47,869 bases of DNA from a virus (Duplodnaviria; Caudoviricetes): positions 1-47,869 of the IMG/VR virus record IMGVR_UViG_3300020045_008030; one strand, 5' to 3'. The position numbers were made by a program, and so were the translations under genes. Shown in pieces: positions 1 through 9,446 of the stretch (position 1 is its first letter; each line of letters opens with the position of its first letter). The notes beneath the pieces are model-generated. The model saw only the letters and a program-made list of their open reading frames with translations, did not search any database and was not told the DNA's origin.

Positions 1-483
1 GAAACTGAGTATAGACATAATCAAACGGAACTCCAAAGAATGTTTATTTTGGCAGATTTAGAGCCATTTAGGCACATGACAAGGGAAGAAGACCGTTACC
101 ATGTCAAAATCGAAGTTAGAAAGTTCGATTCAGAAACAGGTAAAAGATTGAGCCGCCCAAGAATCCAATGCTTTGGTAAAAAGGCATACGAACAATCATT
201 AAAAGAGAATCTTGTTAGACAAGGTTATACTTTAGTTGAATTGCATAATCCTAAAAATTGGATTGAAAATCAAGAAAAAATCAAAGCTGAAAGTGTTCAT
301 AAAAGCCAAGAAAGCAAAGCCAAAGAGCTTGAAAATAAAAAGGCTATTGAAGAACAAGAAAAGCAAAAAGCAATTGACGATGCCGTTGCAAAAGCTTTAG
401 CCGTTCATAGTGCAAACAATGAAAAGGCAATTGCTGAAGCAGTCGCAAAAGCTTTAGCAAGTCAAAAGCAATCAGAAAAATAA
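1..483 (+). pseudogene. Chimeric fragment: portal C-terminal piece fused in frame to the downstream 155-aa head-module gene
   Basis: ETEYRHNQTELQRMFILADLEPFRHMTREE (portal) joins EEDRYHVKIEVRKFD (paralog of 5086..5553) at GAAGA 85-89; about 250 bp missing relative to the intact copies. Confidence 0.8.
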
Positions 484-513
484 TCAATAAACACAATTCA
501 AAGGGTTAGAATT

Positions 514-616
514 ATGGCACTTAAAGCAGAAATAATCAAGGCAAATGCAGTATTGGCAACATTGACAGCCGAACAAATCACAACAATTGAAAATCTTTCT
601 AAAAATGATGAAGATT
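514..616 (+). pseudogene. Truncated 5' end of scaffold gene (extra copy)
   Basis: MALKAEIIKANAVLATLTAEQITTIENLSKNDED matches the 5589 N-terminus, then breaks into inverted sequence. Confidence 0.8.
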
Positions 617-649
617 GTTCTTGTGTTTGTGGCTTTTTATGTTAATAAC

Positions 650-686
650 AAAAAATGGCATGACAATTAAGCCATACCATTTTTTT
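650..686 (-). terminator. Intrinsic terminator of inverted cassette
   Basis: Minus strand ATGGTATGGC-TTAATT-GTCATGCCAT followed by a T run; homologous to 44601-44631. Confidence 0.65.
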
Positions 687-694
687 AATTTTAC

Positions 695-1027
695 TTATTT
701 AAAGCCATGTTGCCTATAATCACCATAATCTTTATCATTTAATATAGATAAATCCAGTGGTGTCATTACATAATTACTCTTTTTTCTTTGTTCTTCTTCT
801 AATTCATATTGAATCATGCGATTTTTTACATCTTCTGCTAATTTCTTGCGGTTTTTTTCTATTTCTTTTTCACGCAATACTTTTATGAGCTCAAAAGCAT
901 CTTTCCAGAATTTTGATTCTGGTTGTTTACTTAATGCCTTTTCAGTAAATAAGTAAAATATGTATTTGCTCTTGGCATTCACCATTACAACTTGCAATGG
1001 TGAATTATTAAATTCTATTTCTTCCAT
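695..1027 (-). CDS. Hypothetical protein (cassette allele A, gene 2)
   Basis: 110-aa ORF in a promoter-terminator-bounded two-gene unit. Confidence 0.7.
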   Translation of the reverse strand: MEEIEFNNSPLQVVMVNAKSKYIFYLFTEKALSKQPESKFWKDAFELIKVLREKEIEKNRKKLAEDVKNRMIQYELEEEQRKKSNYVMTPLDLSILNDKDYGDYRQHGFK

Positions 1028-1034
1028 AGATATT

Positions 1035-1301
1035 TTATAAGTCTGAATCTAAAACAATTTTAAATGTTTCATTAAAAATGCCTGCGTCAACAATTCTGTC
1101 AACAGGTGATTGATGAGAATTTATAAATCCTGTTTTTTTTACATCAGACTCCTTGATATTTGGGTCTGTTTTTTGCAATGAAGCAATTGCATTTTCCTTT
1201 AGATATGCCTTTACTTGTACGTATGCACGACAATATTCAGAATATGCACTATAGATTGAAGGTCTTAATAAATCAGCTTGTTTTTTTGTGTAAATTGCCA
1301 T
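1035..1301 (-). CDS. Hypothetical protein (cassette allele A, gene 1)
   Basis: 88-aa ORF directly after the conserved promoter/leader. Confidence 0.7.
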   Translation of the reverse strand: MAIYTKKQADLLRPSIYSAYSEYCRAYVQVKAYLKENAIASLQKTDPNIKESDVKKTGFINSHQSPVDRIVDAGIFNETFKIVLDSDL

Positions 1302-1407
1302 TGTGGTAGTTTTTTTAATGGAACATCGTTGTTCTCATTTCTTATGTCAAAGATAAGAGGTTTTTTCATAAGTTGCAAATGTTTTTGTTATTTATTTTTA
1401 GTTTTTT
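1302..1407 (-). promoter_or_regulatory. Bacteroidota sigma-A-type promoter plus leader hairpin (early promoter module, copy A)
   Basis: TTTG (1379-1376), N20, TATCTTTG (1355-1348); A-rich upstream tract and GAGAACAAC..TGTTC leader shared with 23657-23760 and 43954-44057. Confidence 0.75.
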
Positions 1408-2294
1408 TTAATTTCTAACCTTCACACCTCTATTTTCATAAGAATAAGGCTTCAAATTACATTCAGCAATTTCTTTCTCATAAATTCCCGTCAATCCATC
1501 TTCGGCATCATCATGTTTATTTGCTGAAAAATTCCTCAAAAATCCCGTAATATGTTCGTATATATCTTTGTAACGATTTTCCCAACCGATTGGCATGATG
1601 ATATGTTGGTTTACCATCGCTGAAGATGTAATAATACGACTTTCTTTATTTCCACCTTGATGAAAAGGAAAAGTTTGAGCTTTTACTTTTTTCTTGATGT
1701 TTTTTTCAAACTGAGAACCACCGCCATTTGATTCAATCCAAGCTCTTTGAACACCATTCCTATTAATCATTTGTGGGATTGTTACCGTTGTAATCTCTGT
1801 ATTCTCGCTCGTCATTACCATATCGGTAATGAGTGCAAAAATTAGAGGTTCAAATCTTTTTGTATTTTCATTAAATACTTGATTTTCTGATTTGTAAATT
1901 TCGTAGCAAGCAGAAAACAATAAATCGTCACCATCGTCGGCAACATCTGTATAATTTCCTGAACGAATGTATGTTCCCCATTCTGATTTTTCTGCCCAAG
2001 TTTTGAATGGTTGATAAAGTTTTCCTTCGGCACTTCCGGGATTACCTTGATACAAACATTGAAATTGAATTGGGTCAAGTAATTTTTGCCTTTCTAATTT
2101 TTGTTTTGAATGCCTTTTTTCCCACAACGATTGACCTTTTTCTCTTGGGTCAAGTTCAGTTGATTCGCTTTCTTTAATGGCTTCAAAATTAATCCTTACC
2201 CATGCACCATAAGGGATATTTTCTAAATCTTCCAAACGCTTGATGTCTATTATTAATTCTCCACTCTTTTCAAGCCTTCCAATCAAATCATCAT
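1408..2294 (-). pseudogene. Inverted, 5'-truncated divergent copy of large terminase (C-terminal ~295 aa, nuclease domain)
   Basis: DDLIGRLEKSG...HDDAED...ENRGVKVRN aligns with 42388..43953; Walker A/B region absent. Confidence 0.85.
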
Positions 2295-2481
2295 GCCACT
2301 TGGATGGGAAAACCGTTACAAAAAAATTTACGACCATATTACTGGATTTTTAAGGAACTTTTCAGCAAATACACATGATGACCCAGAAGACGGATTAACA
2401 GGAATTTATGAAAAAGAAATTGCTGAAGGTAATTTAAAGCCTTATTCTTATGAAAATAGAGGTGTGAAGGTTATAAACTAA
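2290..2481 (+). pseudogene. Third copy of terminase extreme C-terminus (62 aa)
   Basis: MPLGWENRYKKIYDH...HDDPEDGLTG matches the TerL end; joined head-to-head with the inverted copy at ATCAT. Confidence 0.85.
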
Positions 2482-2612
2482 TAATGTTTTCTTATTAACA
2501 TAAAAAGCCACAAACACAAGAACAATCGAATAATTTATTTACATTTGTATATCGAAAATGGGCAAAGGGTAAGCCCTATTAAATAAATTTTAAAGTTAAA
2601 ACAAAAATAATT

Positions 2613-3245
2613 ATGGTTTGTTCATGCCCACTTTCGGCAGCTTTGCCAACTTTGCCAGCAATCACTTGTATAGAAGATTTCGGGCAAATTCAAAAAGTAG
2701 CATTTCAGCGTATTTTTAAGGCGGATGGTTCAAAAAACAGTTTTTTGGCAACTGCTGATATGAAATTAAAAGCGAATTGGACTCCGCTTTTAGTTGCTGC
2801 TGATGATACTAAAGTTGTTATTAGTCCATATATTCAAGCACCAACAACAGAGCCAGGTGCTGCACGTGAGTTCGGCGGAGGAAATGAAACGCTTGGAGGG
2901 GTGAGTATTATTGTTGGTCGTGAACCAAGTCCTTTTACGGGCGTGCTTCGTTCAGCTCCGCAAAGTGTCATTAAGATTTTAAAGACTTTACAATGTGAAA
3001 ATATTGGAGTGTATCTTTTTGATGAAAATGGTGCAATTGGTGCAATTGAAGACACTGTTACTGCAGGCAAGTATTATCCAATTCCAATTCGTTCTTTTTT
3101 CGTTTCAGATAAGGGATTTGGTGGGTTAGAGAACCCAGACTCAAACAACATTCAATGGATGTACTTGCCAAATTATTCAGACGATTTGAAAAAAGTTAAA
3201 CCGACTGATTTCAATCCTTTGACTGATTTAGTCGCAAGCGTTTAA
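2613..3245 (+). CDS. Structural protein, probable major tail (tube) protein, copy 1
   Basis: 210 aa, beta-rich; no other tube candidate of this size near the tape measure; shares a leader motif with the capsid gene. Function is inference. Confidence 0.5.
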   Translation: MVCSCPLSAALPTLPAITCIEDFGQIQKVAFQRIFKADGSKNSFLATADMKLKANWTPLLVAADDTKVVISPYIQAPTTEPGAAREFGGGNETLGGVSIIVGREPSPFTGVLRSAPQSVIKILKTLQCENIGVYLFDENGAIGAIEDTVTAGKYYPIPIRSFFVSDKGFGGLENPDSNNIQWMYLPNYSDDLKKVKPTDFNPLTDLVASV

Positions 3246-3256
3246 AATTTAACAAA

Positions 3257-3490
3257 ATGGCAAAATTCACAGAAGTAGAACTTGAAACATTAGATTCATC
3301 GAAGCGACAAACATTTGAAATCAATCACGCTGAAAGAATTTTAAGGATGCCTCAAAGTGGTTGGCAATTACCAAGTGATTCAAATTATTATTTAGACGAC
3401 AATGGGATTGGATATAAAGCAAGCAAAAGAGGAGGTAAAGGCTCAAAAGAAGCGTCAAACGATTCAGAAGGCAATACTTCACCAGAATAG
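3257..3490 (+). CDS. Hypothetical protein overlapping portal start, copy 1
   Basis: 77 aa; same length and stop retained in copy 2 (45399..45632). Confidence 0.7.
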   Translation: MAKFTEVELETLDSSKRQTFEINHAERILRMPQSGWQLPSDSNYYLDDNGIGYKASKRGGKGSKEASNDSEGNTSPE

Positions 3491-5105
3491 AATCAAATTT
3501 CATTCTGAAACTAAAATTTTGCCATATATTTCACAGCCAATTTCTGACTTTCTAAGTTTTGTTGATTCACTTATTCCGCACGATAAGGCTAAGATTTTCA
3601 AGTTATTATTCAGATACCCCGTTGCTACAAATGAAGTGACGGGGATTTGCTTTGATAAGCTTTCAAGAATTTTTGATGGAAGAAACCCAGCATTTAATTA
3701 TCAGTTTATGAATGCTGAACAAAGAGACGATTGGGAATATTACCGTCAAGAAATATTGAAAGAACCAGAAGTTTGGCATCAAAAAGGATGGGAAATGTTT
3801 AAGTATGAACACAATTGCGTTTTGATTGTCGATTTACCAAATGTTCAAGACTTATCAGATAATTACCCACAGCCTTATTTCTACTTTTTACCAATTTCGC
3901 AAGTAATTGGCTATGAAGTAGCAAAAAATGGAGTGATGGAATGGATAGCTTTTAGGCAACCAAAAAAGCAAATTGCGGTTTTCGACGATGAATATTTCAG
4001 AGTATTCAAAGAAGAAAACAACAATGAACTTGGTGATTTAATAAGTGAAGAACCTCACGATTTAGGATATTGCCCAGCAAAATTCTTTTGGAATGAATCA
4101 TTAAACTTACAAGAACCTGATATTAAAAATCATATTCTTTCAAAAGTTCTAAGTGCTTTGGATTGGTATTTGTTTTTTTTCACTTCAAAAAAGCATCTTG
4201 ACTTATACGGTTCATATCCGATTTATTCAGGTTATGAACAAGATTGTAATTATTCAAATGATGAAACTGGCGATGAGTGCGACGGTGGTTTTTTGAAAAA
4301 TAGAGGAACTTATAAGATTGACTCAAGCGGCAAATTACTTGGTTGTCCTAAGTGTAGCAATAAACGTATTGCTGGAGCTGGTTCATTTGTTGAAGTACCA
4401 ATTCCTCAAGAGAATCAAGCAGATTTAAGAAACCCTGTACAAATTCTTACTATTGATAAAGATTCTTTAGATTTTAATGTTTCTGAACAAGCAAGATTAA
4501 AAAATGAAGTAATTACAAGTGTTTGCGGTGTAGATTCTGAATTAGTGTCAAATCAAGCAATAAATGAATCTCAAGTAACAGCTAATTTTGAATCTCAAAC
4601 AACAATTCTTAATAGAGTAAAAAAAGGATTTGAAGAGGCTCAAAACTTCGTAGATTCTACAATTTGTAAATTGCGTTATGGCAAACTTTTTATTTCTTCT
4701 AAAGTAAATTACGGAACAGATTTTTATGTTGTTTCGGTGGCTAAACTAAGGGAGCAATACAAAATTGCCAAAGAATCAGGTGCAAGTGAAGCAGAGCTTG
4801 ACGCTATGCAGAATCAAATCATTGAAACAGAATATAGACACAATCAGACAGAACTTCAAAGGATGTTTATTTTGGCTGAATTAGAACCATTTCGCCACAT
4901 GACAAGAGATGAAGTTCTTAGCTATTACGAAAAATCTTTGATTTCAAAAGAACAATTGATTGTAAAGCTAAACTTTTCTAACTTTGTTAAAAGATTTGAA
5001 AGGGAAAATACAAATTTATTAGAGTTTGGTATCAATGTTCCTTATTCAAAAAAAATTGAAATCATTAATCAAAAATTCTTAGAATATGCTAAACAACAAG
5101 GGTAA
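3402..5105 (+). CDS. Portal protein, copy 1
   Basis: 567 aa, between terminase and scaffold/capsid; helical C-terminal region; assigned by size and synteny. Confidence 0.7.
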   Translation: MGLDIKQAKEEVKAQKKRQTIQKAILHQNRIKFHSETKILPYISQPISDFLSFVDSLIPHDKAKIFKLLFRYPVATNEVTGICFDKLSRIFDGRNPAFNYQFMNAEQRDDWEYYRQEILKEPEVWHQKGWEMFKYEHNCVLIVDLPNVQDLSDNYPQPYFYFLPISQVIGYEVAKNGVMEWIAFRQPKKQIAVFDDEYFRVFKEENNNELGDLISEEPHDLGYCPAKFFWNESLNLQEPDIKNHILSKVLSALDWYLFFFTSKKHLDLYGSYPIYSGYEQDCNYSNDETGDECDGGFLKNRGTYKIDSSGKLLGCPKCSNKRIAGAGSFVEVPIPQENQADLRNPVQILTIDKDSLDFNVSEQARLKNEVITSVCGVDSELVSNQAINESQVTANFESQTTILNRVKKGFEEAQNFVDSTICKLRYGKLFISSKVNYGTDFYVVSVAKLREQYKIAKESGASEAELDAMQNQIIETEYRHNQTELQRMFILAELEPFRHMTRDEVLSYYEKSLISKEQLIVKLNFSNFVKRFERENTNLLEFGINVPYSKKIEIINQKFLEYAKQQG

Positions 5106-5553
5106 GGATGTTAGTATTTTAGATATTACTCCAGAGAATTACGTAGTGCCAACTGGCGAAGAAGACCGCTATCATGTTAAGATTGAAGTCAGAAAGTTTG
5201 ACTCGGAAAGCGGAGAGCGTTTGAGCCGTCCACGTATTCAAGTTTTTGGAAAAAAAGCTTATGAGCAAAACTTGAAAGAAAATCTTGTTAGACAAGGTTA
5301 TACTTTAGTTGAATTGCACAATCCAAATAAGTGGATTGAATCTCAATCTAAAATCAAAGCTGAAAATCTTCAAAAGGCTCAAGAAGCAAAGTCCAAATCT
5401 ATTGAAGACAAAAAAGCTTTGGAAGATGAGGAAAAGCAAAAAGCTATTAATGAAGCCGTAGCAAAAGCTTTAGCTGATAATGAAGCTAAAAATCAAAAGA
5501 CAATTGAAGAAGCCGTTGCAAAAGCTTTAGCCAGTCAACAAAAAAGTAAGTAA
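5086..5553 (+). CDS. Hypothetical head-module protein with AIxEAVAKALA repeats
   Basis: 155 aa ORF; paralogous copies at 85-483 and 47237-47743. Confidence 0.75.
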   Translation: MLNNKGKDVSILDITPENYVVPTGEEDRYHVKIEVRKFDSESGERLSRPRIQVFGKKAYEQNLKENLVRQGYTLVELHNPNKWIESQSKIKAENLQKAQEAKSKSIEDKKALEDEEKQKAINEAVAKALADNEAKNQKTIEEAVAKALASQQKSK

Positions 5554-5588
5554 TCATCATTAAAACATAAATTCAAAGGGTTAGAATT

Positions 5589-6533
5589 ATGGCACTCAAA
5601 AAAGAAGTATTAAAAGCAAATGCAGTTTTAGCAGGATTAACCGACGAGCAAATTACCGCAATTGAGAATCTTTCAAAAAATGATGAGGATTCAGTGTTAG
5701 GTACAAAAATTGGAGAAATTTACCGTGGAATGGATTCTTCAATTGCAACAATCACAGGTGTTCAGAGAGAGGGAGACGAAAAGACTTACAAGTATCTTGA
5801 GCGTGCAACCAAAACGCTAAAAGAATCCGCTGAAAAGGTCAATACTCTTCAAACGCAAATCACTGAATTGTCGAACGAAAAAACAAGACTTGAAAAGACA
5901 ATCAGTGAAGGAACATCCGATAAAGAAGCTGCAAAACAATTAGTTCAAGTAAAAGCAGAACTTGAGCAAACAAAAACCCAGTATCTTAGCTTAAAATCAG
6001 ACTACGACAAGGCAACTGAGACTCATAAAGCTGAATTGTTCGACAGTAAAATTTCAAGCGAATTAAACCTTGCTTCATCAGGATTGAAATTTAAGGCAGA
6101 CTTACCGAAAGAGGTAACGGGTGTAATGTTGAATACGGCTTTGTCAAAACTAAAAACTGAATATAAGCCTGATTATATTGACGATGGTCAAGGTGGCAAA
6201 AGATTAGTTTTCAGAAACAAAGACGGAGCGGTTTTAAACAATCCAGAAAATCAACTAAATCCATTTACCGCCCAAGAGCTTCTATCGAAGGAATTAACGC
6301 CAATTCTTGATACAGGAAGGCAACAAAGAGGTGGAGGAACTGGTGGAACTGGTGGAGCTGGTGGAGGCGGCCAAGTGATTGATATTAGTGGAGCAAAAAC
6401 AAGAGTTGAGGCAAACGAAATTGCAACTAAAACATTGCTTCAAAACGGATTAACAAAAGGTTCAAATGAGTTTGATGCTCAGATGAGCCAAATTTGGAAG
6501 GATAATAATATTGCATCGCTTCCAGAAAGATAA
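5589..6533 (+). CDS. Capsid scaffolding protein
   Basis: Coiled-coil-rich 314 aa with Gly-rich linker before a short C-terminal domain; immediately upstream of the capsid gene. Confidence 0.65.
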   Translation: MALKKEVLKANAVLAGLTDEQITAIENLSKNDEDSVLGTKIGEIYRGMDSSIATITGVQREGDEKTYKYLERATKTLKESAEKVNTLQTQITELSNEKTRLEKTISEGTSDKEAAKQLVQVKAELEQTKTQYLSLKSDYDKATETHKAELFDSKISSELNLASSGLKFKADLPKEVTGVMLNTALSKLKTEYKPDYIDDGQGGKRLVFRNKDGAVLNNPENQLNPFTAQELLSKELTPILDTGRQQRGGGTGGTGGAGGGGQVIDISGAKTRVEANEIATKTLLQNGLTKGSNEFDAQMSQIWKDNNIASLPER

Positions 6534-6630
6534 ATTATCATCTTCCTAATGTCAAGAAAATGATAATTTTGTGAAAGTAAATTCAAGGGCAATGGGTCAG
6601 CCTAATTTATAACAATTAAACTAAAATAAT

Positions 6631-7743
6631 ATGTCATTATTAGCGACAAGAATGCAGAATTGGAGAATCAAAAACCCTGCATTTGACAAAAACATGACCC
6701 GTCCACTTGAGTACGGAGCTTTAGATTTTTTTATTCAACAAACGCAATCGCCAAATGCAATGTTGAATTCAGAACTTCAACAAAAAGCAATGGCAAGTAT
6801 TGGTAATACTATCCAAATTCCAGTTATCAATTATGATTCTGGTGTTAGTGTTTCAAATACTCGTTCTTGTGTTATTGCTGACTCGGACAATACGTCTGCT
6901 TTGTACACTGTTACATTTGCGACTTATGCCATTGGCTTTACAATGGTCCCAGCCTCGCACATGAACAATGATATTTCTTACGAACAAGATTTCAACAGAA
7001 AACTTGAAAAAAATGTAAGAGCTTTATCAATCGCATTGGACACGGCGGCAATCGCAGCACTCGAAGCACAAAAAACGCAAGTTTTCAAAGATTTGTTGAT
7101 TTATACGCAAACAGGCAACGAAGTACAAGTACCTTGGGTTGCTCGTGAGGAAATCTTAGGTGACTTGAATTCATTGATGCGTGCAAATGCTTATCCCGGA
7201 CAAATTCACGTAATCGGGAATGCCGGTATTGATTCGATGGTTCGCAAGATGGAGCAAAAGGCTGTTTATAACGAAGTAAATAAGACCTTAGAATTTTCTG
7301 ACAAAATCATGCACTATTCGCATCAGTTAGTGAATGAAACAGGCAAGTTTGCGACTGCAATCGCAGTTGAAGACGGAAATGTAGGAATCCTTACACGTGT
7401 GGACCGTGAAGCAATGAGAGGAGCAAAATCAAATGACCACGAATGGGATATTATCCGTTTACCGTTCATTGATTTGCCAGTTGGTTCCCATTATTATACT
7501 GCTGTTGGTGACCAGTCGGCTGTAAATGGTGCGGCAACGGCTGATTTGACTTGTGCTGTAAAAGAGTATTTTGGTTTTAGCGTTGATGTTGCCTTTGTTG
7601 TTGCTTACAACAGTGACCCAACAACAATTGCGAATCCAATCATTAAGTCTGAGATTGTGAAATTTGTTGATAATCCTTTGGCTCAACCAGTTACGGTAGT
7701 TTCAAGTTCAACAAATCCAGTTTATACTCAAGAAGTGGTTTAG
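6631..7743 (+). CDS. Major capsid protein
   Basis: 370 aa; GNTIQIP-type motif typical of HK97-fold capsids; follows scaffold and ends in a strong terminator. Confidence 0.8.
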   Translation: MSLLATRMQNWRIKNPAFDKNMTRPLEYGALDFFIQQTQSPNAMLNSELQQKAMASIGNTIQIPVINYDSGVSVSNTRSCVIADSDNTSALYTVTFATYAIGFTMVPASHMNNDISYEQDFNRKLEKNVRALSIALDTAAIAALEAQKTQVFKDLLIYTQTGNEVQVPWVAREEILGDLNSLMRANAYPGQIHVIGNAGIDSMVRKMEQKAVYNEVNKTLEFSDKIMHYSHQLVNETGKFATAIAVEDGNVGILTRVDREAMRGAKSNDHEWDIIRLPFIDLPVGSHYYTAVGDQSAVNGAATADLTCAVKEYFGFSVDVAFVVAYNSDPTTIANPIIKSEIVKFVDNPLAQPVTVVSSSTNPVYTQEVV

Positions 7744-7759
7744 GTTTTATTTGATTAAC

Positions 7760-7791
7760 AAAAAGGGGAGGATTAAATCCTTCCCTTTTTT
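7760..7791 (+). terminator. Intrinsic terminator after capsid gene
   Basis: AAAAAGGGGAGGAT-TAA-ATCCTTCCCTTTTTT. Confidence 0.8.
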
Positions 7792-7804
7792 AATTTATAA
7801 TAAG

Positions 7805-9109
7805 ATGTACAGATTAGCCGAAATTCAAAACTCCCTTAAAAATGTTGTAGGATGGAAACAAGCTTATGACCCAGCAAAATATATTGAGGCTTCTTTGACA
7901 AACTCAGAAAGCGGATTATTTTTTCAAGGTTGCCATCCTCTTTTAACTTTAGATAATATCAAATCAATCATGCCAGATGATTTTGATTTTAAGTACCCAA
8001 ATTGGCATAATAGTGCAAATTATTTAGTTGGTGAAAAAGTAAAACACACCAATAAAATTTACATTGCTTTATCAAACAATGTAAACAAAGAGCCAGACCA
8101 GAATTTTACAATTTGGAAAGAGTATAATTTTCTAAGTGACTTCTTAGAACAATTAGAACTTGATGGTATTGCGTCAGTTGTTCAAAACTTTATTCAATTA
8201 AAGCAACTGGACAATGAAACAAAAAATCTAATGGAGCGTAGAACCTTTTTTGATGGTTCTGGAAGAATAAAAGCTACTATTCCGAACCGTGGCAAAATTT
8301 GCGGTTACGAGATTGTTCCAGTTCGTTCTATGGGAGTAACTACAAAAATTGAAAGAATTGGTTTGCAAATGACTGGTGCAATTGGTATGATTACTATGTA
8401 CCTTTTCCATAGTTCACAAATTGACCCAGTAAGAACTTTTGAGCTTGATTTTACGCAAACCAATGGAGGCTTTCAGTGGTTTGTAATGGATGATTTATAC
8501 TTGCCTTATATTTCAGATGATACAAATAGTGGAGGTTCTTGGTTTTTGTGCTATAATCAAAATGATTTGCCTTATGGAGTGGAAGCTATTAATATTTCAA
8601 AGGATTGGAGTAGAGAACCTTGCGGAACTTGCAATCAAGGAGACATTGAAACATGGAGACAATTGACTAAATATTTACAGATTTCACCATTCACTTATCA
8701 AGCACCATTGACATTTGAGGAATATCCAGAATTTTGGGATATTGCAAGCACTATTTATACAAACACTTGCAACTATGGTATCAATGTTGAAGTAACAGTC
8801 GGATGTGATTTGACCGATTTTATTATTTCTCAACGCCATATTTTTAGCACCGTCATTCAAAAGCAAGTGGCGGCAAATTCTTTACGAACCTTAGCAATGA
8901 ATCCTAATGTAAATGTTGATAGAAGACAAGTGAATGCCTCAAGATTAGATATTCTTTATGAACTTGATGGTAATACACAGAGTGAAATTCCAAGCGGATT
9001 AGGGTTTGAATTAAAGCAAGCTTACAAAGCATTAAAAATTGATACTCAAGGCTTAGACAGGATTTGTCTAAAGTGTAATAATGGAGGTGTAAGATATAGA
9101 ACAGTATAA
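7805..9109 (+). CDS. Virion structural protein (head-tail region) with CBM5/12-like insertion
   Basis: ATG at 7805 preferred because the TTG at 7751 runs through the terminator; W-x5-Y-x2-G-x2-V...Y-x-A...P...W motif. Confidence 0.6.
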   Translation: MYRLAEIQNSLKNVVGWKQAYDPAKYIEASLTNSESGLFFQGCHPLLTLDNIKSIMPDDFDFKYPNWHNSANYLVGEKVKHTNKIYIALSNNVNKEPDQNFTIWKEYNFLSDFLEQLELDGIASVVQNFIQLKQLDNETKNLMERRTFFDGSGRIKATIPNRGKICGYEIVPVRSMGVTTKIERIGLQMTGAIGMITMYLFHSSQIDPVRTFELDFTQTNGGFQWFVMDDLYLPYISDDTNSGGSWFLCYNQNDLPYGVEAINISKDWSREPCGTCNQGDIETWRQLTKYLQISPFTYQAPLTFEEYPEFWDIASTIYTNTCNYGINVEVTVGCDLTDFIISQRHIFSTVIQKQVAANSLRTLAMNPNVNVDRRQVNASRLDILYELDGNTQSEIPSGLGFELKQAYKALKIDTQGLDRICLKCNNGGVRYRTV

Positions 9110-9119
9110 AATTTTTAAA

Positions 9120-9446
9120 ATGGCTTTATTAGACGAAGTTGAAAATGGAACTTTTATTTTTTGGTGCGAAGGATGCCAGAAAAAACATGCAGTTTGGACA
9201 AATAAAAATTCAAATCCAAGATGGAATTTTAATCAAAACTTAGATTGTCCAACATTTACGCCTTCTTTACTTGTTAAAGGCATAAAATATGAAAAAGATA
9301 TTGAAGGAAAACCAATACAAGGTACTGAAAGAGATGCTATTTGTCATTTATTTATTACCGATGGTAAAATACAATATTTAGGTGATTCTCATCATCATTT
9401 GGCGGGTAAAACAATTGAAATGCAACATTTAAAAGATGTATTGTAG
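9120..9446 (+). CDS. DUF6527-like Cys/His protein
   Basis: FWCEGC..H, WNFN, PTFTPSL, CHLFITDGKIQYLGD..H.LAG pattern. Confidence 0.6.
   Translation: MALLDEVENGTFIFWCEGCQKKHAVWTNKNSNPRWNFNQNLDCPTFTPSLLVKGIKYEKDIEGKPIQGTERDAICHLFITDGKIQYLGDSHHHLAGKTIEMQHLKDVL

Larger units (their letters stand above)
613..2527. repeat. 36-bp perfect inverted repeat (613-648 / 2492-2527)
   Basis: GATTGTTCTTGTGTTTGTGGCTTTTTATGTTAATAA is the reverse complement of 2492-2527. Confidence 0.9.

Noticed and set aside
2295-2337. N-terminus MVVNFFVTVFPSKWH of the 309-aa minus-strand ORF
   Set aside because: It is the antisense of the + strand terminase fragment across the junction, not a real start
613-2527. Recombinase-driven invertible shufflon
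   Set aside because: No tyrosine or serine recombinase recognised; the inverted repeat is simply the conserved sequence upstream of the tube gene present in an inverted duplicate
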